Origin: Betaproteobacteria bacterium
GTDB taxonomy: Bacteria; Pseudomonadota; Gammaproteobacteria; Burkholderiales; Usitatibacteraceae
Direction: 5' to 3'
Assembly: GCA_031414995.1 (NCBI GenBank)
Contig: JANOQY010000427.1
Location: forward strand, 1-64,000
DNA: 64,000 nt
Part shown: piece after piece, positions 18,441 to 27,571 of the stretch
Layout of the letters: every line of letters begins with the position of its first letter
Numbering within the stretch: the stretch's first letter is position 1
Position numbers and translations under genes: made by a program
Notes under the pieces: model-generated
Databases searched by the model: none
The model's input: only the letters and a program-made list of their open reading frames with translations
Told to the model about the DNA's origin: nothing

Positions 18441-19564
18441 CAAATGACTTCGAGTTCGGCGCGCAGTGAACCCGATACCTTCATCGCCTGCAAAATCGCC
18501 ACCAGATCCTGCGGCGTCGCACCAAGCGCATTCAGCGCCTTGACGACATCACCAAGTTTGGCGCCCGCCTCCATCATCACAAGGTTGCCGCCTTCCTGCT
18601 TCAATTGAATATCAGCTTTTTCCGATACCACCGTCTGCCCCTGACTGAGTGGGGCTGGCTGGCTGATGACGGGTGTGGAATTGATGGTGACCGAAAGGTT
18701 TCCGTGCGCCACCGCGCAGCGCTCCAGCATCACCATCTGGTTCATAACCACCGAACCCGTACGCGCATTGATGATGACCCTGGCCGACGGAATCACTCTC
18801 TCGACATCGATGTTTTCCAGACGTGACATAAACGCGACCCGACCCTGCGACAATGCAGGCGCAGCGACTTGCACCACCCGACCGTCGATGGCTTGAGCCA
18901 CCACCGAGCCAAATGAGGCATTGACCGCATCCACCACCCGCTGTGCGGTGGAAAAATCAGTGGTCTGAAGTTCGAGTGTGATGACGTCGCTTTGTGAAAA
19001 AGGTGAGTTGACCGCGCGTTCGACCGTGGCGCCGCCCGGCACGCGACCGGCGCTCAGATGATTAATTTGCACACTGCTTTTCCCCGCTGAGGCACCGGCA
19101 CCGCCAACGATCACATTTCCCTGCGCCATCGCGTAAATCTGGCCGTCAGCGCCTTTGAGTGGCGTGAATAGTAGTGTCCCGCCGCGCAGACTTTTGGCAT
19201 TGCCGAGCGACGAAACAGTAACGTCGAGGGGCTGGCCAGGCTTGGCAAAGGCGGGGAGCGAGGCGGTGACCATGACAGCGGCGACGTTTTTGAGCTGCAA
19301 GCTGGTGCCCGCTGGCAATTGCACCCCTAGCTGCGAGAGCATGTTGGTCAGGCTTTGTACGGTAAACGGTGTCTGTGTCGTTTGGTCACCGCTGCCGTCC
19401 AAGCCGACGACAAGACCGTAGCCCATCAATTGGTTTGCACGCACGCCTTGAATATTTGCCAGATCCTTGATGCGTTCAGCTTGAGCAGGAGGCATTGAGC
19501 CACACCAGAAAGCGGCGATCAGAGAAGTAAAGAAGAACAAGCGTTGCAGATTGATTTTCTTCAT
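18440..19564 (-). CDS. flgI: Flagellar P-ring protein FlgI
   Basis: A signal peptide is followed by ERIKDLANIQGVRANQLMGYGLVVGLDGSGD. Length 374 aa. Confidence 0.96.
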   Translation of the reverse strand: MKKINLQRLFFFTSLIAAFWCGSMPPAQAERIKDLANIQGVRANQLMGYGLVVGLDGSGDQTTQTPFTVQSLTNMLSQLGVQLPAGTSLQLKNVAAVMVTASLPAFAKPGQPLDVTVSSLGNAKSLRGGTLLFTPLKGADGQIYAMAQGNVIVGGAGASAGKSSVQINHLSAGRVPGGATVERAVNSPFSQSDVITLELQTTDFSTAQRVVDAVNASFGSVVAQAIDGRVVQVAAPALSQGRVAFMSRLENIDVERVIPSARVIINARTGSVVMNQMVMLERCAVAHGNLSVTINSTPVISQPAPLSQGQTVVSEKADIQLKQEGGNLVMMEAGAKLGDVVKALNALGATPQDLVAILQAMKVSGSLRAELEVI

Positions 19565-19575
19565 TGTGCACCCGA

Positions 19576-20265
19576 TCAGAAAGGTAAAAACGTTAGAAAA
19601 AACCGCGACAACAATCCCATCCGCTGCGCTTCATCGATATAGCCCTTGCCGGTGTATTCGAGGCGCGCATCCGCCACCTTGGTGGACTCCACGATGTTGC
19701 CAGCCTGCAACGTGACCGGATTAACCACACCGGAGAACCGGATAAATTCGAGATTGTGGTTAATACCGATCTGCTTTTCACCCGTCACCAGCAGGTTGCC
19801 GTTGGGCAGCACATCCACCACCGTGACCGTGATGGTGCCGGCGAATGAATTTCCGTTTGCGGTATCGCCCTTGCCGGAAAAATCATTGGACGAGCTCGCC
19901 TGAAGGTTGGCGCCTTGCAGGAATTTGCCCGGCAGACCGGCAACGGCTGGCACGCCGGCTTTGACATCGTTGGTTTTCGACGCGGTCGAAGAGGATGTGC
20001 GCGACGCGCTGTTTTTTTCGTTGATGGCGATGGTGATGATGTCGCCGCGCAGGCGTGCGCGTGGGTCCTCGAACAAAGGACGATGTCCCGCTAATTGGAA
20101 AATCGCGCCATTGTTGACGGGTGCTGCAGACACCAGCGTGGGTCTTGCCGACGTGGGTTCGACAATAGTGACGCGTGGCTCGATGTGCGAGCAACCGGCA
20201 ACGACCAGCGCCAGCATCAAATGCAGTATGACCAATGTGTGGGCGGCTGATTTATTTATCATCAC
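19576..20265 (-). CDS. flgH: Flagellar L-ring lipoprotein FlgH
   Basis: Lipobox LVVAGC; LFEDPRARLRGDIITI; length 229 aa. Confidence 0.95.
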   Translation of the reverse strand: MMINKSAAHTLVILHLMLALVVAGCSHIEPRVTIVEPTSARPTLVSAAPVNNGAIFQLAGHRPLFEDPRARLRGDIITIAINEKNSASRTSSSTASKTNDVKAGVPAVAGLPGKFLQGANLQASSSNDFSGKGDTANGNSFAGTITVTVVDVLPNGNLLVTGEKQIGINHNLEFIRFSGVVNPVTLQAGNIVESTKVADARLEYTGKGYIDEAQRMGLLSRFFLTFLPF

Positions 20266-20272
20266 GCATTAC

Positions 20273-21055
20273 TCAGAGTTGGGAAAGTTTTTGCAACATC
20301 TGATCCGATGTCTGGATTGCCTTCGAATTGATTTCGTAGGCTCGCTGCGCCTGAATCATCGACACCAATTCTTCGACGACATTGACGTTTGAGGTCTCGA
20401 CATAGCCTTGGTTGAGGAGGCCCAATCCGTTGGTACCAGGCGTGCCTGCGTTTGGCGTGCCGGATGCGGCAGTTTCGGTATAAAGATTCTGTCCAATGGA
20501 TTGCAGTCCGGCGGGATTGACGAAGTTCACCAACTGCAACGAGCCGGCCTGCGTCGGCGCCACTGAACCGGCCAAGGTCACGGAGACAATGCCGTCCTGG
20601 CCGATGGTAATTGTTTGCGCGCCGGGCGGAACGGTGATTGCAGGCAGAATCGGGAACCCGTTGGAAGTCACCACCTGCCCTTGTTGGTCCATACGCAAGC
20701 TGCCATCTCGCGTGTAGCCGGTCGTGCCGTCGGGCATCTGCACCTGCAAAAATCCTTGGCCATTGATCGCAACATCGAGGTTATTACCGCTCTGCTGCAG
20801 ACTGCCCTGCGTGAAGACACGTGCGGTGGCGACGGGGCGAACACCAGTGCCAACCTGTAAGCCGGTAGGTAGTTGTGTCTGCTGCGATGATGCCGCACCG
20901 GGCTGGCGAATGGTCTGGTAAAGCAAATCTTCGAACACCGCGCGGGATCGCTTGAAACCACTGGTGGACACGTTGGCCAGATTGTTCGAGATAACGTCCA
21001 ATTGCGTTTGCTGGGCATCCATCCCGGTTTTGGAAATCCACAATGAGCGAATCAT
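20273..21055 (-). CDS. flgG: Flagellar distal rod protein FlgG
   Basis: [35 protein letters not shown] and a C-terminal [19 protein letters not shown]. Length 260 aa. Confidence 0.96.
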   Translation of the reverse strand: MIRSLWISKTGMDAQQTQLDVISNNLANVSTSGFKRSRAVFEDLLYQTIRQPGAASSQQTQLPTGLQVGTGVRPVATARVFTQGSLQQSGNNLDVAINGQGFLQVQMPDGTTGYTRDGSLRMDQQGQVVTSNGFPILPAITVPPGAQTITIGQDGIVSVTLAGSVAPTQAGSLQLVNFVNPAGLQSIGQNLYTETAASGTPNAGTPGTNGLGLLNQGYVETSNVNVVEELVSMIQAQRAYEINSKAIQTSDQMLQKLSQL

Positions 21056-21098
21056 TTTTTACCTTTCATTGAAGCCATGTTTTACGTCGACTTTTACG

Positions 21099-21839
21099 TT
21101 AGCCGTTGGTGGACAGCAGCTTGTTGGCGTCACGAGCGTTCTGTTCCGCGCTGGTCATTAATCGCATTTGCGTTTCAAACTGGCGGGCGACGGCGATCAT
21201 GCCAACCAGCGCGTCGATCGTATTGACATTGCTGCCTTCGAGCGTGCCATCGACCACCTTTACGGCCGGGTCGGCTGAAGCCGCGCTGCCATCGACGCTA
21301 CGCAACAGACCATCGCCGCCTTTGACAAGGCTCGCTGTGGGTGGATTGACGAGCTTGATGCGCCCAACCACATTGACACTCTTGCTATTGCCACCAGCGA
21401 CTGCACTCACAGTGCCATCGCGACCGATCGTGATCCGGGCATTTTCAGGAATGGTGATGGGTCCGCCATCGCCCTGCACCGCCAACCCGCCGCGTGTGCG
21501 TAAAGTGCCGTCAACGCCGACGTCGAGTGAACCTGCACGTGTATATGCCTCACTGCCATCACGTGATTCGACCGCCAGAAAGCCTTCACCTTCAATCGCA
21601 ACGTCAAGATTTCGGCCAGTGGCCTGCAAGGTGCCGGGTGTACTGTCAAAGCTCGGCGTGGACTCGGCAACGAACACGCGCGTACCCTGACCCGGCCCTT
21701 GTACCGGCACCGCGCGAAATGCATCGAGGTCGGCGCGAAAGCCCGTCGTGTTGGCGTTGGCGAGATTGTGCGCGATGGTTTCCTGACGGTGGAGTAACTG
21801 CTTGGCACCGGCCGAGGCGAGGTAGACGAGACGATCCAT
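21099..21839 (-). CDS. flgF: Flagellar proximal rod protein FlgF
   Basis: MDRLVYLASAGAKQLLHRQETIAHNLANANTTGFR, plus a C-terminal rod-type helix. Length 246 aa. Confidence 0.93.
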   Translation of the reverse strand: MDRLVYLASAGAKQLLHRQETIAHNLANANTTGFRADLDAFRAVPVQGPGQGTRVFVAESTPSFDSTPGTLQATGRNLDVAIEGEGFLAVESRDGSEAYTRAGSLDVGVDGTLRTRGGLAVQGDGGPITIPENARITIGRDGTVSAVAGGNSKSVNVVGRIKLVNPPTASLVKGGDGLLRSVDGSAASADPAVKVVDGTLEGSNVNTIDALVGMIAVARQFETQMRLMTSAEQNARDANKLLSTNG

Positions 21840-21897
21840 ATTGCGTGGTCAGCTTAGTGGGTGATTGTGATTGTGATTGTGTTCGGCACGACTTGCA

Positions 21898-23121
21898 TCA
21901 ACGCAGGTTGACGATTGTTTGCAGCAGCGAATCTTCGGTCTTGATGGTCTGCGCATTCGCCTGATAAACACGCTGCGCTGTAATCATGTTGACGAGCTCC
22001 TGCGTCAAATCGACATTCGCCTCTTCCACTGCGCCGGACTGCAATACACCAAGGGTGCCGGCACCTGGCGCACCAACCAGAGGCAGACCACTACTGGATG
22101 TCTCTGCCCACTGGTTGTTGCCGATTGGAGCAAGGCCCTGCGAATTGGTGAATGAGGTGAGGGCAATTTGACCCTGTGCCAGCGTCTGACCATTGGAATA
22201 GCGTCCGACAATGGTACCGTCCTGACCAACGCTGAAGCCACTCAACTTGCCAGCCGTATAACCGTTTTGAGTGAGATCGTTCACGCCGAAGGTCGTGCCA
22301 AATTGTGTGGTGCCAACAAAATCGAGTGCCACCGTCATCGGGCTGGTGGCCCCGCCGCCAACTGGAACGCTGAGGTTGAATGGCAATGTGGTCGCGGTTG
22401 TGTCGAGTGAGCCGTCGGTATTGAATGCCAGGGTACCCGCCGCTGCAGCGCCAACCTGCACGCCATCATTGGCGGCGAAGACGCTGTAAGTATTGACTGC
22501 GGTCTTGACAAAATAGAGTGACAACGTATGCGCGTTGCCGAGGCTATCGTACGTCGAGAGCGATGTGGCTCCATGGTATGTCGCAGCATTGGCGAGATTA
22601 AACCCGGCTGCGGTCAATACCGGCTTGCGCGAATCAAGATTAAGACCGGCCGTGGCTTGAGTGGTCGCCAAGGGTGCAAGATCCGTCTTTGAGATGCGCA
22701 GGTCACCCGGTGTGCCGGTGGTCACGTTACCGGCTGCATCTGCTGCAAAGCCCGTGAGGTGCGCGCCATTGCCGCTGACAATGTAGCCGTTGCTATCTAG
22801 CTGAAACTGTCCATTGCGAGAATAGGTGATCGTGCCATTGGTGGAGAGTCGATAGAATCCCTCCCCGTTGATGGCTACATCGAGCGGATTATTGGTGGTA
22901 GTGACATTGCCCTGCGTGAACATCTGCGCAACGCGTGCCACGCGTGTGCCGATGCCTACCGAGCCGATGGTACTGCCTGCGAGCGTGTTGGCGTACACAT
23001 CAGAAAACTGAGCGCGCGACGATTTGAAGCCCACCGTGCTGGCGTTGGCAACGTTGTTGCCAATCACCTCGAGGTTGCGTGCGGCGCCGTTCAAGCCGCT
23101 TAATCCTTGTTGAAAACCCAT
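21898..23121 (-). CDS. flgE: Flagellar hook protein FlgE
   Basis: MGFQQGLSGLNGAARNLEVIGNNVANASTVGFK and a C-terminal ITAQRVYQANAQTIKT. ATG 23121 is preceded by AAGGAAGGA; the ORF-track start at 23193 is an upstream extension. Confidence 0.95.
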   Translation of the reverse strand: MGFQQGLSGLNGAARNLEVIGNNVANASTVGFKSSRAQFSDVYANTLAGSTIGSVGIGTRVARVAQMFTQGNVTTTNNPLDVAINGEGFYRLSTNGTITYSRNGQFQLDSNGYIVSGNGAHLTGFAADAAGNVTTGTPGDLRISKTDLAPLATTQATAGLNLDSRKPVLTAAGFNLANAATYHGATSLSTYDSLGNAHTLSLYFVKTAVNTYSVFAANDGVQVGAAAAGTLAFNTDGSLDTTATTLPFNLSVPVGGGATSPMTVALDFVGTTQFGTTFGVNDLTQNGYTAGKLSGFSVGQDGTIVGRYSNGQTLAQGQIALTSFTNSQGLAPIGNNQWAETSSSGLPLVGAPGAGTLGVLQSGAVEEANVDLTQELVNMITAQRVYQANAQTIKTEDSLLQTIVNLR

Positions 23122-23152
23122 GATGTTTCCTTCCTTGTCTCGTGATGTGAAA

Positions 23153-23815
23153 TTAGATAACCATGCGGATGTCGCTGTAGTAGCGGCTTCCAAGATTTTC
23201 GAGCGTGAGCCGTACTCCTTGTGGCGTGATCGCGCTGCCCTCGACGCGCGCAGCCGTCAGCGCACCAACTGACACCAACGCATTACCGTTGTAAGCCTTG
23301 ACGTCAAATGTGTATTTGCCGGCGACTGCGGTGCCCGTCTCCAGCTTGCCGTCCCAATTGAATGAACCGGCACCAGCGCTCTGGGCACCGAGATTGAGCT
23401 GCGCAACGACATTGCCGCTGTTGTCTTTGACATCGATAGTCACACGCTCTGCGTCCTGCGAAAGATCGAAGCCGCCTTTGGCGGAAGCCACGTCGCCGGT
23501 CTTGACGAGTGTCAGGCTATTACCCTCGACGAGCACCTGGCGACCCGGCAATGAAATGGCTTGGGCACCTTGAAACTGGCCAAGCATATTGACCATCGTC
23601 GAATTGAGTTGCGAAATTCCCTGCACCGTATTGATCTGCGCCATCTGACTGGTTACCTGCGCGTTGTCGAGAGGATTTAACGGATCCTGATTTTTCATCT
23701 GCGCGATGAGTAACTTCAGAAAACGGTCTTCGGTGGCATCCTTGCCGATGGTGTTGACACCTGCGGAAAACGCGCTGCTCGACGTGGCGGCGGTTGAATT
23801 AATAGTGGTGGTCAT
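23153..23815 (-). CDS. flgD: Flagellar hook capping/assembly protein FlgD
   Basis: FLKLLIAQMKNQDPLNPLD motif; 220 aa; lies between flgC and flgE. Confidence 0.93.
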   Translation of the reverse strand: MTTTINSTAATSSSAFSAGVNTIGKDATEDRFLKLLIAQMKNQDPLNPLDNAQVTSQMAQINTVQGISQLNSTMVNMLGQFQGAQAISLPGRQVLVEGNSLTLVKTGDVASAKGGFDLSQDAERVTIDVKDNSGNVVAQLNLGAQSAGAGSFNWDGKLETGTAVAGKYTFDVKAYNGNALVSVGALTAARVEGSAITPQGVRLTLENLGSRYYSDIRMVI

Positions 23816-23826
23816 AACGTCCTTCC

Positions 23827-24243
23827 CTAGTTGCCGAGCTGCAGGGTTTTCTGCAACAAGGTTTTTGCCGTGTTCATGACTTCGATATTGCTTTGGTAAG
23901 ACCGCGAGGCTGAAATCATGTTGACCATCTCATCAATTGGATTCACGTTTGGCATCGAGATATAACCCTGCTCATCCGCGAGTGGGTGCTTGGGGTCGTA
24001 GACTTTCCGCATTGGGGAATCGTCTTCGATAACCTGACTCACCCGCACACCGGGCGTTTGACCGTCCGCTGGCTGCGCCCCAATCGCCTGAGTCTGGAAT
24101 ACGACATGACGCGCCTTGTATGGCTGACCATCCGGACCGGCCACGCTCTCCGCATTGGCAAGATTGGAGGCCAGCACATTCAGGCGTTGGCTCTGAGCCT
24201 GCACGCCTGATCCGGCGATATTGAAAACCTTGAATAGCGACAT
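23827..24243 (-). CDS. flgC: Flagellar proximal rod protein FlgC
   Basis: [40 protein letters not shown]; AAGGAG SD; 138 aa. Confidence 0.96.
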   Translation of the reverse strand: MSLFKVFNIAGSGVQAQSQRLNVLASNLANAESVAGPDGQPYKARHVVFQTQAIGAQPADGQTPGVRVSQVIEDDSPMRKVYDPKHPLADEQGYISMPNVNPIDEMVNMISASRSYQSNIEVMNTAKTLLQKTLQLGN

Positions 24244-24271
24244 GAGACGGACTCCTTATCCTGATCGGTGT

Positions 24272-24685
24272 CTATTGACCCTGAATGGCCATGGTCAACG
24301 TTTTGATTTGCCCGTTGAGAAAGCGCAGTGAGGCCTCGTAACGCACGGCGTTGTCGGCGAAGCTGGCGCGCTCGGTGTCCATCTCAACACTGTTTCCATC
24401 GATCGAAAGTTGATTTGGTGTGCGGTACTGCAGATCAACACCGGGAAGCCCGAGTGTGGATGTGGAAAGATGACGCGGATCGGTCTTCAGCGCGCCGGCG
24501 GCGGCACTGCTGATTGCCGAGGCTGCGTTTGCATTTTGCAGCGCTGACTTGAAATCAAAATCCATCGCCTTGTAGCCGGGCGTATCGGCATTGGCAATGT
24601 TGGCGGCAAGCACGCGCTGACGCTCGGCGCGTAATTTCAGCGCATCGCCGTGGTAGCTCAAGGTATCACCCAACTGGTTCAGCAT
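24272..24685 (-). CDS. flgB: Flagellar proximal rod protein FlgB
   Basis: RQRVLAANIANADTPGYKA. ATG 24685 lies 6 nt after AGGAG. The ORF-track ATG 24691 abuts the SD, so it is less likely. Confidence 0.93.
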   Translation of the reverse strand: MLNQLGDTLSYHGDALKLRAERQRVLAANIANADTPGYKAMDFDFKSALQNANAASAISSAAAGALKTDPRHLSTSTLGLPGVDLQYRTPNQLSIDGNSVEMDTERASFADNAVRYEASLRFLNGQIKTLTMAIQGQ

Positions 24686-24960
24686 GATCATCTCCTGGTC
24701 TTTGCGTAGCCATCAACTATCTGCACGATTACGGGCGGTTCAACTTTTCCTGTTGCGATCCGAAACCTTGTATGGAGTGCCAGAGGAGCCAGATTGGGAA
24801 AGCGGAAAAACCATTTGTGCTGTGGTCATTATCCGAAGCGTGCAATAAATCAAATGGTCGAAAAGACCGGCAAAGTCAGGTCATTTCGGCGAAATCACCG
24901 CTTGCGCACACGCGTAGGATTTGCTCCCATCAACAACTTGATCAGACTGGGTGCAACGCT

Positions 24961-25680
24961 ATGAACAGTTCCAATGTAAATCTGGCTCGCCACTTATGGT
25001 CCAGTTGCGCTACCGGCGTGGTGATTGCATTCGTGGCGGCATTACCTCTTTGCCACGCCGCCGCGCTGCAACCGTCAGATCAAAGCGTGCAGTTTTTGCT
25101 CGAGCGCGAGACTGCGCGTATTAATGGCCGGGTAGATATCGTCGTTGGTCAACTCGATCCCCGCGTGACCCTCTCACCATGCAGCAAGATTGAACCGTTC
25201 CTCCCGCCCGGCGGCCGTGCATGGGGTCGTATCAAGGTTGGCATGCGCTGCCGCGAAGGAGCGGCATGGACAGTATTTTTGCCTGTTGATGTAAAAGTGT
25301 TCGGTACCGCGCTTACCGTAAAGAAATCGCTCATGGTCGGAATGGCTCCTGCCGATAACGATGTCGAACCACTCGATACCGAACTATCGCGTGAACCGGG
25401 AACGCCGGTGTCAGACCTGAAGCAGATTGAAGGCCGAATACTGGTGCGTGCGGTGTATCCCGGACAGGTATTACGAATGGAACATTTCCGTGCCGCCCCG
25501 ATAATTTCGCAGGGAGACCAGGTCAAACTGGTCGCGCAGGGTGCGGGTTTTACGATTTCGGCCGACGGAGAAGCGCTTGCACATGCGCTGGATGGCCAAA
25601 GTGTTCGCGTCAAAACTGACGCAGGCAGGATCGTTTCAGGCACGGCCAGGCCGGGACGAGTAGTGGAATTGCGTTTCTAA
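24961..25680 (+). CDS. flgA: Flagellar P-ring assembly chaperone FlgA
   Basis: The internal ATG 24961 gives a signal-peptide-like N-terminus (MNSSNVNLARHLWSSCATGVVIAFVAALPLCHAAA). The C-terminus is FlgA-type (GQSVRVKTDAGRIVSGTARPGRVVEL). It is divergent from flgB. Confidence 0.85.
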   Translation: MNSSNVNLARHLWSSCATGVVIAFVAALPLCHAAALQPSDQSVQFLLERETARINGRVDIVVGQLDPRVTLSPCSKIEPFLPPGGRAWGRIKVGMRCREGAAWTVFLPVDVKVFGTALTVKKSLMVGMAPADNDVEPLDTELSREPGTPVSDLKQIEGRILVRAVYPGQVLRMEHFRAAPIISQGDQVKLVAQGAGFTISADGEALAHALDGQSVRVKTDAGRIVSGTARPGRVVELRF

Positions 25681-25683
25681 CGC

Positions 25684-25710
25684 TAAAGTTTCGGTCCAAG
25701 ATGTCGAAAA
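25684..25710 (+). promoter_or_regulatory. Sigma-28-type promoter for flgMN
   Basis: TAAAGTTT-N11-GTCGAAAA lies immediately after the flgA stop and 69 nt before the flgM GTG. Confidence 0.55.
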
Positions 25711-25778
25711 TGAGCGTACTACTTGAAGTTTCCTTCGCCAAGCAACTGTGCCGCGATCGACGTTAACGGAGAAAAATC

Positions 25779-26096
25779 GTGAAAATCGGCAATCCTTTGG
25801 AGCTTTATCGGTCCGGCGCACCAGCAACTGGTGCGGCGGCGCCCGACACAGACAAGCTGAAGGCCACAGTGAATCCTTCGCTATCGGCCAAAACTGAAGA
25901 TTCGGCAACCGTCAAATTGTCGGGTGGGCTTGGTACGCTAAGAGGCGGCTCGAATGCCGATGAAGCATTCAATGCAAAGCGCGTTGAACAACTCAAGGCA
26001 GCTATCACGGGCGGCACGTTTCAGGTAAACGCGGAAGTCGTTGCCGACAAAGTGATCGCCAGCAACCTCGAAGCGCTCACGCGCTCGACCGGTTAA
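25779..26096 (+). CDS. flgM: Anti-sigma-28 factor FlgM
   Basis: 105 aa; GTG start after ACGGAG. The C-terminal FlgM signature is VEQLKAAITGGTFQVNAEVVADKVI. Confidence 0.88.
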   Translation: MKIGNPLELYRSGAPATGAAAPDTDKLKATVNPSLSAKTEDSATVKLSGGLGTLRGGSNADEAFNAKRVEQLKAAITGGTFQVNAEVVADKVIASNLEALTRSTG

Positions 26097-26106
26097 CAGG
26101 TGCACC

Positions 26107-26598
26107 ATGACGACTGCGCTACAGCCCGAGATCGAAAGCGCGCTCGAGGAACTACTCAACAAAGAAACCAGCGAGCTCACGCAGTTCATCAGTCTGCTTG
26201 AAGAAGAACTTGACGCGCTCGCGTCCGGACATGCCGATGCCGTACAGCACTGCGCGAGCCGCAAACAAAGTCTGCTGGGGTGCATATTTGCCACCCGCGA
26301 TGCCGTCAATACGGTGACACGTCGGGCATCCAGCAACCCGGCCTTGAAGTCGGCTGAGTCCTGGCTGGCGCGTACCTCGTCGGTTCGCATTCGCCGCGCC
26401 TTCCAAGAGCTTACCGACCGCGCTGAACATGCCCGCCAACTCAACCAATTGGCTGGCCGACTTATCCAGATCAAGTTGCGCAGCGTCAACGAACGTCTCG
26501 GTGTGCTACAGCCCATCGGCTTGATGGACGCTGTGTATTACCCGGAAGGCTTCGCCGCCGCACAGATGTCGTCCAAGGGAATTATTGGCCGCGCGTGA
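26107..26598 (+). CDS. flgN: Flagellar export chaperone FlgN (for FlgK/FlgL)
   Basis: 163-aa helical protein immediately after flgM. The call rests mainly on position and size, plus a FlgN-like N-terminal helix (LLNKETSELTQFISLLEEELDAL). Confidence 0.78.
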   Translation: MTTALQPEIESALEELLNKETSELTQFISLLEEELDALASGHADAVQHCASRKQSLLGCIFATRDAVNTVTRRASSNPALKSAESWLARTSSVRIRRAFQELTDRAEHARQLNQLAGRLIQIKLRSVNERLGVLQPIGLMDAVYYPEGFAAAQMSSKGIIGRA

Positions 26599-26658
26599 GG
26601 AGTTGCTGGCTGGCTAAATTACGGCGCTGCGCTAACCGCACCGGTAAATTAATATTTC

Positions 26659-26727
26659 ACAAACACTAGCATTGGCGGGCGTTCCGGAGCATTTTAATGC
26701 TGAGACCCTCGCCAATGCTAGTGTTTT
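26659..26727. repeat. REP-like palindromic intergenic repeat, copy 3 of 5 (best palindrome); probable bidirectional terminator
   Basis: acaaacactagcattggcgggc-N28-gccaatgctagtgtttttt. It is followed on the plus strand by ttttttgtttttt. It lies between the convergent flgN and fliA ends. Confidence 0.8.
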
Positions 26728-26838
26728 TTGTTTTTTAATATGCCGTAGCGTGGCTGAAAACTCTTTGCGATTGCGGTAGAGCAACAGCAAGGTTGATACG
26801 TCGCCATGCATTCATGGCACCGCACCCCATCCGAAACT

Positions 26839-27552
26839 TCACCAGTTCTTTAGCTTCGCGCGCAGACGTGTCACCGCCTGTGTATGCAACTGGCAAATGC
26901 GCGATTCGGTCACGCCCATGACGGCGGCAATTTCGCGAAAATTCAGATCCTGCTCGTAGTACAAACCCATCAGTTGCTTTTCACGTTCCGGCAGGCCGTC
27001 GATATGCTTTACCAGTTCGGTACGGAAGCGCTTGTCATTGAGCACGACGGCCGGATCGCTCGTGGTGTCAGCGACATGGCGATCCAGATAGTCGCCATTG
27101 TCATCGTCCGTGCTGTAGTCGTCGAAATAGAACAACTGGGATCCCTTGGCATCCTGTAGAAGTACCTGGTACTGATCGAGCGGCATGTTCATTTCGCGCG
27201 CGATTTCGCTTTCTGTGGCTGCGCGTCCAAGCCGGTGTTCGAGCTTCGTCATTGCAGACTGGATAGTGCGTTGGTTCTTGCGAACACTGCGTGGCAGCCA
27301 GTCATTGTTGCGCAACTCATCGAGCATGGCTCCTCGAATGCGCTGGTTAGCGTAAGTCTCGAACTGGGTGCCCTGCCCTTCTTCATATCGGCCGATGGCG
27401 TCCATCAGTCCGATCATGCCCGCCTGAAACATGTCATCGAATTCTACGTTTGCGGGCAACTTGCCGAGCAGATGGTGCGCCAGGCGCTTTACCATTGGCG
27501 CGTAATGCTTCAACTGGGCATCCTTCGAGAGCGTTCCCTGTGCGGTGTACAT
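26839..27552 (-). CDS. fliA: Flagellar sigma factor FliA (sigma-28)
   Basis: Region 2 (FDDMFQAGMIGLMDAIGRYEEGQGTQFETYANQRIRGAMLDELR) and region 4 (EKQLMGLYYEQDLNFREIAAVMGVTESRICQLH). ATG 27552 is preceded by AAGAGG, 20 nt after the upstream stop. The ORF-track start at 27867 overlaps the upstream gene and is rejected. Confidence 0.95.
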   Translation of the reverse strand: MYTAQGTLSKDAQLKHYAPMVKRLAHHLLGKLPANVEFDDMFQAGMIGLMDAIGRYEEGQGTQFETYANQRIRGAMLDELRNNDWLPRSVRKNQRTIQSAMTKLEHRLGRAATESEIAREMNMPLDQYQVLLQDAKGSQLFYFDDYSTDDDNGDYLDRHVADTTSDPAVVLNDKRFRTELVKHIDGLPEREKQLMGLYYEQDLNFREIAAVMGVTESRICQLHTQAVTRLRAKLKNW

Positions 27553-27571
27553 ATCGTTTACCTCTTTCAGA

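Noticed and set aside
25351-25358. Exact GCCGATAA inside flgA, and another inside the membrane-protein gene near 62293.
   Set aside because: There is no TAAA-type -35 at the required spacing, both lie inside coding sequence, and neither is positioned upstream of a plausible target.
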